A DNA stretch of 64,000 nt, from contig OZ255836.1 in assembly GCA_965277715.1 (NCBI GenBank), forward strand, positions 1,792,001-1,856,000, given 5' to 3'. The stretch is from Gammaproteobacteria bacterium (GTDB lineage Bacteria; Pseudomonadota; Gammaproteobacteria; JBCCGL01). The notes under the pieces are model-generated. The model did not search any database. It saw only the letters and a program-made list of their open reading frames with translations, and was not told where the DNA came from. This document shows, one piece after another, positions 10,665-20,741 of this stretch (position 1 is its first letter; each line of letters starts with the position of its first letter). Made by a program: the position numbers and the translations under genes.

Positions 10665-10875
10665 GAGTCAGTGGGGGCGCACAGGATTTTTGCGGTTATT
10701 ACAGGGTTTATTGGTGTGGTGGTGGTCATGCGCCCCGGTGCAGAGAGGATAATCGATATTCATACGCTCATTCCACTACTTGGCGCGCTTGGTGCAGGGT
10801 TTGCGATAATCTCGGTGCGCAAACTATCCCAGACTGAATCCACCGCGACGCTATTGGTTTATCAATCCCTATTGG
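10665..10875 (+). pseudogene. Internal fragment of a DMT/EamA transporter
   Basis: ESVGAHRIFAVITGFIGVVVVMRPG...ISVRKLSQTESTATLLVYQ is the central EamA junction; there is no start or end. Confidence 0.7.
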
Positions 10876-10988
10876 GAATGACTACACGGGGTCTAGGCAG
10901 GATACTGACGGAACAGCCCCGAACAGTTACGAATGTACTTTTAATGCTAAACTATTTGCCCCGTTTATCCACTTCTTTCCCGGTACTG

Positions 10989-12527
10989 ATGACGACACCA
11001 ACACCCACCCAGAACGTTCGTCGTGGCCGCGCCGCCCGCCGCTCAGTCCGCATGGCGAGAGACACCCACTCACTGCCCGCCATGCAGCGCGGGCTACCGT
11101 ACCTCGATCTGATGACCCCGGTGCAGCTGGAAAAAATGCACGACGCCACCATGCGCATCCTGGAGGAAAAAGGCATCGATTTTCGTGACGACGAATCCGC
11201 CGATCTGTGGCGCGCAGCGGGCGCCACGGTCAATGGTCACCACATACGCATCGACCGCGAACTGCTGATGCAACTTATCGGCAGCGTTCCCAGTCGCTAC
11301 ACCATGCACGCCCGCAACCCGGCGCGCACCGTCTCGCTGGGCGATGGGCAAACCTGTTTTGTCCCCGCCTACGGCTCGCCGATGGTGATCGATCTGGACG
11401 GCGTTCGCCGCAACGCCACCCTTGAGGATTTCATCAACTTCGCCAAGCTCGCCTACATGGCCCCGGCCATGCACATGACGGGCGGTGTACTGGTCGAACC
11501 AATGGATATCGATGTACCCAAACGCCACTTACATATGATGTATAGCCTGCTGAAATACTCCGATAAACCGTTTATGGGCATGGTGCTGGGCAGCGAAAAA
11601 GCCCTCGACAGTATGGCGATGGTGAAGCTGGTATTCGGAGAGGAATACCTGGAAACGCACACCGTGATGACCTCGCTGGCCAACGGCAATTCGCCGCTGG
11701 TGTGGGACGAGACCATGCTGGAGGCGGCCAAAGTCTACGCCCGGCACAACCAGGCGATGCTGTACTCCCCCTTTGCCCTGTGCGGTGCCAGCACGCCCGC
11801 CAGCGTAGTCGGAACCATGGCACAGATCAGCGCCGAGGCGCTGGCCGGGGTGGCCTTTTCGCAGTTGGTGCGCAAGGGCGCGCCAGCGGTCTACGGGCAG
11901 TGGCTGGCCACCGTTTCGATGCAGAGCGGCGCGCCGATGGCGGGCACCCCGGAGATCTGCCATATCAATATGTTGATGGGGCAGTTGGCGCGCTTCTACA
12001 AACTGCCGATGCGCTGTAGCGGTATGTGCACCAGCGCCAAGCAGGTCGACGCCCAGGCCGGTTTCGAGGCGGGGCGCAATATGTACGGGGTGCTCATGTC
12101 CGGTGCCAATTTTGTGCTTTCCACCGCCGGTTATATGGAGGGCGCGATGGCGCAGAGTTACGCCAAATATGCGCTGGATATCGAACAGATGGAACTGTTC
12201 TACCGGCTGGGCAAAGGGCCGGACTTTGGTGAGCTGGACGCTGCACTGGACGCCATTCAGGATGTCGGGATCGGCAACCACTACCTCGGTAGCGCCCACA
12301 CCCTGGATAACTTTGAAACCGCCTTCTCCATGCCCGCGATGATGGATCACAACAGCTACGAACAATGGCTTGCCGACGGTGGCAAAGATGCCAACCAGCG
12401 CGGGGTGGAGAAGATTAAAAGTATGCTGGCGGAATACCAGGAACCGGCGCTGGATTCTGGTGTTGACGAAGCGCTGCGCGATTTTATTGCCCGGCGTGAG
12501 CGCCAGATTGGCGATCAGAGTTTATAA
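10989..12527 (+). CDS. Trimethylamine methyltransferase (MttB superfamily, non-pyrrolysine)
   Basis: RRGRAARR N-terminus, LEEKGIDF, EPMDIDVPKRHL, SDKPFMG, NSPLVWD and AKQVDAQAG; no in-frame TAG. The true start is inferred at ATG 10989 within track ORF 10602..12527. Confidence 0.92.
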   Translation: MTTPTPTQNVRRGRAARRSVRMARDTHSLPAMQRGLPYLDLMTPVQLEKMHDATMRILEEKGIDFRDDESADLWRAAGATVNGHHIRIDRELLMQLIGSVPSRYTMHARNPARTVSLGDGQTCFVPAYGSPMVIDLDGVRRNATLEDFINFAKLAYMAPAMHMTGGVLVEPMDIDVPKRHLHMMYSLLKYSDKPFMGMVLGSEKALDSMAMVKLVFGEEYLETHTVMTSLANGNSPLVWDETMLEAAKVYARHNQAMLYSPFALCGASTPASVVGTMAQISAEALAGVAFSQLVRKGAPAVYGQWLATVSMQSGAPMAGTPEICHINMLMGQLARFYKLPMRCSGMCTSAKQVDAQAGFEAGRNMYGVLMSGANFVLSTAGYMEGAMAQSYAKYALDIEQMELFYRLGKGPDFGELDAALDAIQDVGIGNHYLGSAHTLDNFETAFSMPAMMDHNSYEQWLADGGKDANQRGVEKIKSMLAEYQEPALDSGVDEALRDFIARRERQIGDQSL

Positions 12528-12549
12528 ATCATAATTGAGTGTGCCAGAA

Positions 12550-12735
12550 ATATGATCCAATTAGCCGTGGAACCCGCCTCAGTTGAGAATGAACTCACCA
12601 GGCTTACCGCAAGAGGGGCCAGTAGAACGCCTGTCGCTAGCAGCCAGTCGGGCGTGCGGAGATAAGTGGTTAGCCGATAACCGCAGTCCTTTTTTACGTG
12701 TTCCTTCGATTGTTGTACCAGAGAGTTATAAGCTT
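12550..12735 (+). pseudogene. RES-domain toxin C-terminal remnant
   Basis: SRACGDKWLADNRSPFLRVPSIVVPESYK matches the RES C-terminal GD.W....S..L.VPS.VVP.E.N motif. Confidence 0.6.
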
Positions 12736-12848
12736 GTTTGCCGCCTTTTGAGCTCGAAAACACAACTGGTTAACAACATAAAACACTGGAAGAAATGTAC
12801 AAATCACTGACATAACCGGAAATACTGAAAATAGTTGTGGCGTAAAGA

Positions 12849-12960
12849 ATGCAAGTATTTGCCTATTCAGAAGCACGGCAAAATTAGGCAAAACCGCTAA
12901 CATTGGATCAGGCGGAAGAAGTCGGGGTCCGTCGAAAAAACGGCGGATACTCTTGCAGCG
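12849..12960 (+). pseudogene. Phd/YefM antitoxin remnant with a nonsense codon
   Basis: MQVFAYSEARQN*AKPL...EEVGVRRKNG resembles the Phd N-terminus (YSEARQ.L...L...EEV.I.R..G). Confidence 0.55.
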
Positions 12961-12985
12961 GTGCGTGAATCAAGAGAGGTTTAAT

Positions 12986-14983
12986 TCAGGACAACGCCAA
13001 CCCCGCTTTACGCCCTTCATAAATCGCATACGCCGCCTGGCGCGACGCAACACTATCACCAATATTAACCACTACCTGATCACGCTCACACAGCGCACGG
13101 TACAGGCTGTCTTCAGCGCAGTTGGTTGTCGCCAGCACCAGCGAATCGGCCTCGACCAGTTGTTCTGTGTTATCCAGCAGCGATACTACATTGGCGCCAC
13201 GTTCTGACCAGCTTGCAATACCCGCATCGACGATAAACCGCGCACCGTGCTGCGCCAGTGCCTGACGCAAGGGGAAATCTGAGTTCATGCGCTGCAATTC
13301 GGCACCCACCATACCGTGTGGCGTCACTACGGTGACCTGGTGACCGTCCTCGGCCAACTTCCAGGCGGTGCCACAACCGCGCCAATTCCCCCCTTCATCG
13401 AGCACCACAACGCGTGCGCCGAGCCGTGCGTGCTTTTGCATCACATCTTCTACTGACCACACCTGAGTGGGGTTGTAACCGGGTAGTGTCTCAAGGTGGT
13501 GGCGTTGTTTTTGAAAGCCGGTTTCGGCGGGTAGCGAGCCGGTGGCGACGATAATGTGGTCGGCGCCAAAGGCGATCACGTCATCGGCATCGGCGGGTGT
13601 GTTGTAGTGTACGGCAACCCCAAGCTGGTACAGTTGACGTTGGTACCAGTCGATCAGGTCGAGTATTTGCGCACGCCGTGGCTGTAGCCCGGCGAGGCGA
13701 AACTGGCCACCGAGCTTGTCGCTGGCTTCGTACAGGGTGACGGTGTGACCGCATTCAGCGGCGACCCGCGCCGCCTCCAGGCCCGCCGGGCCAGCGCCAA
13801 CTATCAGGATTTTTTTTGGTGAGTCAGTTGTTACAAAGCGATCACCACCCCACTCAAATTCGCGCCCTGCCGAGGGGTTGACCAGGCAGGAGATCCAGTA
13901 GTCACGCGAGCGCCGCCCCCAGCACATTTGGTTGCATGAGAGGCAGCCGCGCACATCCTGTGGGCGGCCTTCGCGGGCTTTTGCCACCAGGTGCGGATCG
14001 GCGATCTGGCCGCGCACAATCGAAACCAAGTCCGCCTCACCGGCGGCCAGCACAGACTCGGCATTGTCAGGGGTACGGATGTGGCTTTCAGCGGTGACCA
14101 CGGCATTTTTTACAATGCCCTTTAAGGTTGACGACAAGGCTGTACCGAGCTTTTCAGGGAATTGAAAGGTCGGCATCAAACGATAAAAATCAAAGTAACT
14201 GCCGGTGCCGCAACTGACGTAATCCATGAGGTGCATGGCATCGTGCAGCGTGATAATTTCTGACATCGACTCTTCTTGAAGCGCGATGTGTACATTCGGT
14301 TCGTGGTTGATGGAGAGGCCAATAATAAAATCCTCACCACACGCCTGGCGGATGCGCGTCATAATCTCACGCGATATACGCGTGCGGTTTTCCAGTGAGC
14401 CGCCCCAACGGTCATCCCGCCGGTTCGACCAGGGTGTCCAGAATTGATCGAGGAGGCTGTGGTAGGCCGCCCAGACTTCAACACCGTCGAAGCCCGCCGC
14501 ATGGCAGCGCCGCGCCGCCTGCACAAAGCCATCGATAATAATTTCGATTTCGCCTGCACTCATGGCGTGGCTGCCGTCAGAATCGTGGTAACTGGGTAGA
14601 CCGGAAGGTGACCAGTTGGCGTGGTAGGCATTGTCCGCGTCACCGTGCTGGCCGACATGGTAGAGCTGTTGCAGGATCACCGTGCCGTGTTCATGGCAGG
14701 CGTCGGTAATACGCCGAAAATGCGGGATCACGGTATCGTCGCTGTGGCGGAAATTCCCCCGTGTCAGTACCGCCGATGCGTGTACCGGCATCGGTTCCAT
14801 CACGATCATCGCTGCACCACCGATAGCGCGCTCGCGGTAATAGGCCAGATGGCGCTCCGTCGGCAGGCCCTGTTCGGCCATATTCGCGGTGTGCGCGCCA
14901 AAAACAATGCGGTTGTGCAGCGTTTTGTGGCGCAGCGGGAGTGGTTGAAACAGGTGTTTGTAGGCGGTGGATTGTGTGTGCAT
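12986..14983 (-). CDS. NADH:flavin oxidoreductase, OYE/TMADH-like with 4Fe-4S and FAD domains
   Basis: OYE barrel (NRIVFGAH, AGFDGVEV, NRRDDRWGGSLENR), CLSCNQMC...C cluster motif and VGAGPAGLEAA. Confidence 0.92.
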   Translation of the reverse strand: MHTQSTAYKHLFQPLPLRHKTLHNRIVFGAHTANMAEQGLPTERHLAYYRERAIGGAAMIVMEPMPVHASAVLTRGNFRHSDDTVIPHFRRITDACHEHGTVILQQLYHVGQHGDADNAYHANWSPSGLPSYHDSDGSHAMSAGEIEIIIDGFVQAARRCHAAGFDGVEVWAAYHSLLDQFWTPWSNRRDDRWGGSLENRTRISREIMTRIRQACGEDFIIGLSINHEPNVHIALQEESMSEIITLHDAMHLMDYVSCGTGSYFDFYRLMPTFQFPEKLGTALSSTLKGIVKNAVVTAESHIRTPDNAESVLAAGEADLVSIVRGQIADPHLVAKAREGRPQDVRGCLSCNQMCWGRRSRDYWISCLVNPSAGREFEWGGDRFVTTDSPKKILIVGAGPAGLEAARVAAECGHTVTLYEASDKLGGQFRLAGLQPRRAQILDLIDWYQRQLYQLGVAVHYNTPADADDVIAFGADHIIVATGSLPAETGFQKQRHHLETLPGYNPTQVWSVEDVMQKHARLGARVVVLDEGGNWRGCGTAWKLAEDGHQVTVVTPHGMVGAELQRMNSDFPLRQALAQHGARFIVDAGIASWSERGANVVSLLDNTEQLVEADSLVLATTNCAEDSLYRALCERDQVVVNIGDSVASRQAAYAIYEGRKAGLALS

Positions 14984-15002
14984 TGCGGGTTTGCCCCCCT
15001 GC

Positions 15003-15212
15003 TTATTGCGGTGGGATCAGGACTAATTTACCCAAGTGTTCTTTAGCGAGAAAATCAGTTTGTGCCTGCACGGTCTCACCACAACAAGCGGCACCCTGAA
15101 TACGCGAAAAGGATAACGCGGCACCAGACCAGGCACTGTCATCGGTATCGGTTGCGTCGAAGCCGCCGTGCCCGGTGAGTAACACAGCGGTCATTGTGCT
15201 GGGGATAGACAT
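15003..15212 (-). pseudogene. MDR/zinc-binding alcohol dehydrogenase-family gene collapsed by two in-frame internal deletions
   Basis: 69 aa made of an N-terminus (MTAVLLTGHGGFD), a middle piece (WSGAALSFSRIQGAACCGE) and a C-terminus (AQTDFLAKEHLGKLVLIP). Confidence 0.75.
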
Positions 15213-15378
15213 AATGATAGACAGCTCCGGCAAATGGCTGGATTTTACAATGGTAATTATGAACGGGTCAGCTAAATCTTGCTTTTGACCAGAAAGTGAT
15301 GGAGGGGGAGCGTATCACCGCAAATTGTATCGATAGCCATTCCCCCTCTTGATAAAGAGGAGGCCAGGAGGTGTTCTT

Positions 15379-16434
15379 TCAGCGGGACAGGTAGTAAATG
15401 CCATAGTAGGCAACAAACACGATATTCAATGCCAGGATATACAGGCCCGTCATAAAGTAAGCTTCCGTCCACAGCGATTTATTCTCTAGCACCATAAAAA
15501 AGCGCGCACTGGTGGGGCCACGCGCCATCAATACCACCAGGATAGCGATAATCATCAAATGGCCAACCGCATCGACTAAGCCAAATTTTAATATCGCCAG
15601 GATGAAAACGGTGTTGAGCCCCAGCGCGAGAATGCGCACAAACACGGAGGCACTGCTCAACAGTAAGAAGGTAATATTGAATTCGACGAACCCGGCAAAC
15701 AGCATATAAAAGTATGGTGACATGCCCATTAATAATGAAGGGTCTGCCGCCAGCATGTCATATGACCAGTGTGGAAACCCCCATTTTTCTATTGAGGCCC
15801 ACAACAGTGTTAAGCCTGTTGAGGCAAATAAAATCACATAACGTGGCATCAACCACTTTTTTTCGTCGAGGTTGCTGAACAGGAAAAAGCAGGCGGTGCC
15901 CAGGAATATTAAGTAATCCAGCATATGGAAAATGCCGTAATTACTGATACCTATCACATATAAAAGGATGATGCCGATGCCAACCAGTGGCACAGTGCGC
16001 CGATAAATTGCACACGCGGCAAGCGCCAATTGAATCCAGGGTACTACGGCGTTATCAGTTTTAAGCTCGGGGGTTAAATAAAAAGCCTGATCATTTATTC
16101 CAAATAAAAATAGCGCCACAAAAAACACCGCAATAGCACCGCGTAGAATCCACAGTGATTGCGTTGGATTGATGGTCAACGAAGCGAGTTTTTCATTGAG
16201 GAAATGCCTGTGATAACAATAGCGATCAACCCAGAAAAAAGCGTAGGTTGAAACGACAGACACTAAAAAAAGATAGATGAACTCCTTGGTGATAATCTCA
16301 CCAATCCCTAACGGTGGAGTGCTTATATCGTAGGGAAAAAACCATTTGACGTGGGCGTGAGCGGTCGTCATTACTAACAAACTAATACAGGCAGTAAAAA
16401 CAATACTTATTCTTTTGGGTACACTATCCATCAT
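15379..16434 (-). CDS. Multi-pass membrane protein, DoxX-like (AHVKWF family)
   Basis: AHAHVKWF N-terminal motif, about 9 TM helices, EKW..P and DAVGH. Confidence 0.65.
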   Translation of the reverse strand: MMDSVPKRISIVFTACISLLVMTTAHAHVKWFFPYDISTPPLGIGEIITKEFIYLFLVSVVSTYAFFWVDRYCYHRHFLNEKLASLTINPTQSLWILRGAIAVFFVALFLFGINDQAFYLTPELKTDNAVVPWIQLALAACAIYRRTVPLVGIGIILLYVIGISNYGIFHMLDYLIFLGTACFFLFSNLDEKKWLMPRYVILFASTGLTLLWASIEKWGFPHWSYDMLAADPSLLMGMSPYFYMLFAGFVEFNITFLLLSSASVFVRILALGLNTVFILAILKFGLVDAVGHLMIIAILVVLMARGPTSARFFMVLENKSLWTEAYFMTGLYILALNIVFVAYYGIYYLSR

Positions 16435-16585
16435 TTTCTCCTGGGAGTGTCGGGCAAAAAATTATTTTAGTTATTGGCCAACACGATTGTTGGTCAGTCA
16501 AAAGTATACCAAGAGAAATCAATAACTTAAAGGCGGTAGGCTGAATAGCCTTTCACATTTCCTGTGATTGGGTTCGCGTTAAGGT

Positions 16586-17566
16586 TTAGCGTGGTTTGAT
16601 GGTAAGTGTCGGTACCGTGCAATCGGTAATGTCAATACAGGAGGAGGGGATGTGGTATTCAATAAACCGCTGCCATTGGTTTTTCCAGAACCAACTGGCC
16701 GCCTGGCTAAACGGCTCAATAGAGCATGTGCCACTGGGGTCGATTACCTCTGGCAAAAAACCGCTGCGCAATGTGCCGTCACGGCACACTGTTTCTGTGC
16801 CGACCCGTTCAGCGGGCGTGGGGTAATGGCCGTTAATGGTCGCATAGTCTTGCAGCCACTGTCGCACATAGGCCAGTACGCGGGTTTCTACCAACGGCAT
16901 TAACGTATCACGGTGGATATACACCAAACGGTCGTTAAATGCGGTGGTCGACTCCCCCACCACCTGGCTGACAAATTGTGTATCACCGTCTTCATTGCCA
17001 CCTTCCAGGTAATCTTTTGGGTCATCGCTGGGCCGGTTTTGCCCGGCCAGCGGCGGGCCTGGATCGATAATAACCGCGACGATGTTGTCGGTAGTATCAA
17101 CCCGTAACATGGCCGGGGTTGCCGGATTGACAATCTGGCCGCTGCTATAGCGAAAGTCTTCAGACAAGACGTACCAGAAACGGCGTGGAAAAGACCGTGC
17201 AAAGGGGTATATCTCCGATGCTTTGCCCTGTGAGGTCAACCAACTGATGGGCAGGCGTCCAGGCTTGAATGGCCCGCAGACGCCCGCCGGGCTGCCGTTA
17301 TCGTGCACACCGGTATCGTGTCGATCCGGGCAGGGCAAATGCCCGGGGCCAGCGCCGCCGTTGGTGTAATCGTCTGAATAATTGACGGCATAGGCGATTA
17401 GCGCCTGTTTGGCTTTTTGCAGATTATTGGCGGTGGTATTTTGTTGTGCAAGCCTGGCGGTGTTGCGGTTTTGTGTGGCCAGAAATAACGCGATGGAGCC
17501 GAGCACCAATATTGTGATGATGAATAATAACGCCACGCCTTTTTGTTGGCTGGGTATGTTGTTAAT
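16586..17566 (-). CDS. Type IV pilin-like (PilX/GspK-type) protein of the MSHA-like cluster
   Basis: In-frame upstream extension gives QQKG|VALLFIITILVLG, a class III signal. Also AKQALIAYA, GHLPCPD, GRLP and FNDRL. The start is uncertain (ATT 17566 or GTG 17536). Confidence 0.7.
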   Translation of the reverse strand: MNNIPSQQKGVALLFIITILVLGSIALFLATQNRNTARLAQQNTTANNLQKAKQALIAYAVNYSDDYTNGGAGPGHLPCPDRHDTGVHDNGSPAGVCGPFKPGRLPISWLTSQGKASEIYPFARSFPRRFWYVLSEDFRYSSGQIVNPATPAMLRVDTTDNIVAVIIDPGPPLAGQNRPSDDPKDYLEGGNEDGDTQFVSQVVGESTTAFNDRLVYIHRDTLMPLVETRVLAYVRQWLQDYATINGHYPTPAERVGTETVCRDGTLRSGFLPEVIDPSGTCSIEPFSQAASWFWKNQWQRFIEYHIPSSCIDITDCTVPTLTIKPR

Positions 17567-17924
17567 AGTGGTTTTCCTTAAAGTATGTTCGACAGGGGGG
17601 GGGGAGGAAATGATTCTAAATTAGTCAGTTGAATCTACTGCGAATGCCTAATGCACTAACTATAGAACACTTTGGGTGTAGCTTCTTTGAACCAGTATTA
17701 AAAATTTAATAAATCAAATAGTTAGAGATTTCTGTAAGGGTGTGAGGGGGGCGATTGTAGTCGTTATGTAGGTGTGAACCTGATAATGACACAAAAAAAC
17801 TCTCTTACGCCTGAAGCTTACTCCACAACCGTTGAATTGTCCCTTTCTTTTTGAGTACTTATGTGTTCATGAGTAACCGAATTGTGTAGTAAAAGTGCTT
17901 GAATCCAGTGATTGCAGACATGCT

Positions 17925-18085
17925 GAGCACGGTGAAATTGAACTGTACATTGTGGCTTGGATGCTTTCACATAAGGAAAACAGTGCACTGGCACAGCAGT
18001 TCATTCAGGAGACCAGTGCACGTTATGCAATTAGACTCGGTCAGCTGAGGCTGCATCAGGATAGAGGGGCGTCGATGACAGCACA
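17925..18085 (+). mobile_element. IS3-family integrase-core fragment
   Basis: YIVAWMLSHKENSALAQQFI...LRLHQDRGASM resembles the rve DDE core. Confidence 0.6.
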
Positions 18086-18141
18086 TTGTTACCTTACTAT
18101 CAACAGTGTGCTGGAGGGCTTCACACCTTGTCAGGTATTTT

Positions 18142-19282
18142 TCAGGTAGTACGTATCATATATGACCTTTCAAATCGGTATTGAAAATCAGCCAGGTAAT
18201 GTTGTGCATATTTTGCGGAAATAGCATGATAGGTACTACGCAAGGCCGCTTTAAGGTTGCCCAGTATCGTGTTTACCCAATAAAATTCAGCCTCTTCAAC
18301 TGAAGCCTTACCACCACCACAGACAAGTTTGTCATACAGGCAACCAGCCTTTGTTAATGCATTAAAACAAGCCAGACCATCGGATATCACTGTACCACCG
18401 GGTTTGATGTGCTGCGTTGCCCATGCCTCAATCGCCTCACTGCGGAACCCTTCGACAATGCTCAACTTAACCCTCACAGGTTGGCTTTGTAGTGGTCTAA
18501 TAGATTCGTACAAGTAGATGGGACTATATTTTCTACTACGAGAAAGAGGTAAGACATAATGAGTCGCAAGAGTTATCCGCCGGAGTTTAAAGAAGAGACA
18601 GTGAGTTTGATTTTGGATCAAGGGTACAGTTATGCACAGGCGCAGGAAGCCACAGGGGTTGATCTGACGGCGTTACGTCGCTGGGTGAGCCAATTACGCC
18701 AGGAAAGGCAAGGAGTGACACCGAGCAAAGGGAATGCTATCAGCCTGGAGCATCGACGTATTCAAGAACTCGAAGCACAGGTAAAAAGACTAGAAAGGGA
18801 GAAAACGATCTTAAAAAAGGCGTCAGCGCTCTTGATGTCGGAGGCGTACAACGTTTCGCTATGATGGATAAATTGAGAGCGCACTATACCCAAAACGAGC
18901 TATGTCGAGTATTTGCTGTTGCCCGCAGTAGTTATGTTTATCACACTCGTCATCAAGTACAGGTAAAACCAGAAAGAGCGCGTCTGAGGCAATGTGTGAT
19001 TGATTTACATCAAGCCAGCCGGGGTTCAGTGGGTAGTCGAACCTTATCGGGCCAGTTAAAACATGAAGGTGAGATGGTAGGGCGTTATAAGGTTCGAAGC
19101 TTGATGAGAGAAGCCGGGTTGCTACGAAAACACTTGACCACTACACTTTGATCTGTCGTCCCAACAGCCGCAATAAAAGGCGTTTTTCCCGCAGCTCCAC
19201 GGCCTACCTTACCACCCGAACGTTCGCCTCCTAAGTAGGCATCATCCAGTTCAATAAACCCTTGTAGAGGGCTAAAAAACAC
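18142..19282 (-). mobile_element. IS1595-family transposase pseudogene interrupted by an IS3 element
   Basis: 5' part ELDDAYLGGERSGGKVGRGAAGKTPF (19146-19282) and 3' part VISDGLACF...WVNTILGNLK...YH..YLADFQYRF (18142-18487). The two parts join in frame when the IS3 and one CTT copy are removed. Confidence 0.85.
18488..19145 (+). mobile_element. Internally deleted IS3-family element (orfA 18559-18864 intact, orfB 18861-19151 truncated)
   Basis: Terminal IRs TGTAGTGGTC...GACCACTACA, 3-bp direct repeat CTT on both sides, and an orfA HTH (YPPEFKEE...LRRWV...ILKKA). Confidence 0.9.
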
Positions 19283-19394
19283 TGTTCCTCTCTACCGCAG
19301 GCTTGGATAAAATCACTTAAACTCAGACCTGCCTGGAATTGTACTGCATTACGCGATATGAAAAATACCAACAAATTCAAATGGTTGTATTTTA

Positions 19395-19790
19395 TCATAT
19401 CGTAGGCTTACGTTTCGCACCATCCGCCACCCCCACGTAGTGGGCATCTGGATAACATTTCTTTACTTTGATGATTTCTTGTTCAAACCGTCCCAAAAAG
19501 GTCTCCTTACCATACTCGGGCGTCGCCGCCATATAGGTGGTATGTTGTCTATCTCCCTTTTTGTCATAAAAGGCAATAGTGCCTACCATCGCTTCACGGT
19601 AACCCTCACTACAAAGCAGCATACAGGTATCATCCATGCCAATGGCGATACTTTTCACCGGATTGTCCATCTCAGGTAATGCATAGTTCTATTGTTCTTC
19701 CTTAGCCGAAACCACGGCACTGACTGCTTCGGATATACCCTGCATAAAACAACGCGCCACTTTTCTTCCATGGTTCTCTTCAAGGTCAGT
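19395..19790 (-). mobile_element. ISKra4-like transposase fragment
   Basis: GYREAMVGTIAFYD..G.R.HT.Y.AATPEYGK..F...VADGA; broken upstream. Confidence 0.7.
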
Positions 19791-20741
19791 CCTTTCCTAC
19801 GTATCGTTCAGTAAGATTCGTCAGCAAGCACTCAATGAAAAGTATGCACAACATGTAGAGCGATTCGTCAGTTAGTGATCTGTTGCCAGGATGTCGCCTA
19901 CGAAGGTTTGCATTAATCCAGTGCGCGATGAGTTAGGTAATATTGATCACGATGCGCCCATCAACTTCCCAGCGCTAAATCTGGCTAAAACGATGGTAGC
20001 TTAAGCGACACTAGCCTAAAACAGGTTGACATCTTGCGGTCAGAAAGCAATATCTGCAATAAATAGAACAAGAATTGCAATAGTTATGTGTTTCTAAATC
20101 AATAAACTCTTCAGTGTTAAACAACCGCTAGGAGTTTATTAAAATGAGTATTCAAACAGGCAGTTTTTCACAGAAAATAACAAATTCAGATAGCCAATAC
20201 AAAATTTATTTTGTTTTACTGCGGAAAGCTGGATAGGGAACCAGTGGCTTCACAATAATCGGGGAAGAACCAAAATTATTGGAATACAACGTGATCTACA
20301 AATTGTTCCCGGTGAGAAATTTTTTGACTTAGTCCGAAAAAAACTCACTAATTCATCAGCACATCCATCGGTACAACGAGTAGAATCTATGTTGCCGCTG
20401 TTGTACCCGGAAGAAGGTATTGTAAAGTATTTCTTTAGAGGTAGCTCCGAGAGGATTAAAAATCCTATCAATTCGCTATTTAAATACGACAGTCATGCAA
20501 AACCGAGATAGGCTGTTGCTCAAAGATGACTCGCCTGTTTTAGAGAAGTCCGCAGGCTAATAAGTTTTGGTGCATAAAAATTTTTTAAGGCAGTAAAAAT
20601 ATGAACAGGTAATTTCAGTTTAATGTGTGATGTTGTGGAAATTAATTTCATGCTGAAAAATTCGTGCAAATATTGTTTTGTAAATACTGTTATATATTTG
20701 GTTAGTTAAATAGATTTTTGCAACTTTACTGACAGGAAAAT

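Noticed and set aside
10602-12527. 641-aa transporter-methyltransferase fusion
   Set aside because: The start overlaps the opposite-strand oxidoreductase and the N-part is an EamA fragment plus junk; the real gene likely starts at 10989.
10989-12527. Pyrrolysine (amber) readthrough in MttB
   Set aside because: There is no in-frame TAG. The visible part of the other mttB (1-1049) also has none, though it is cut off near the equivalent position.
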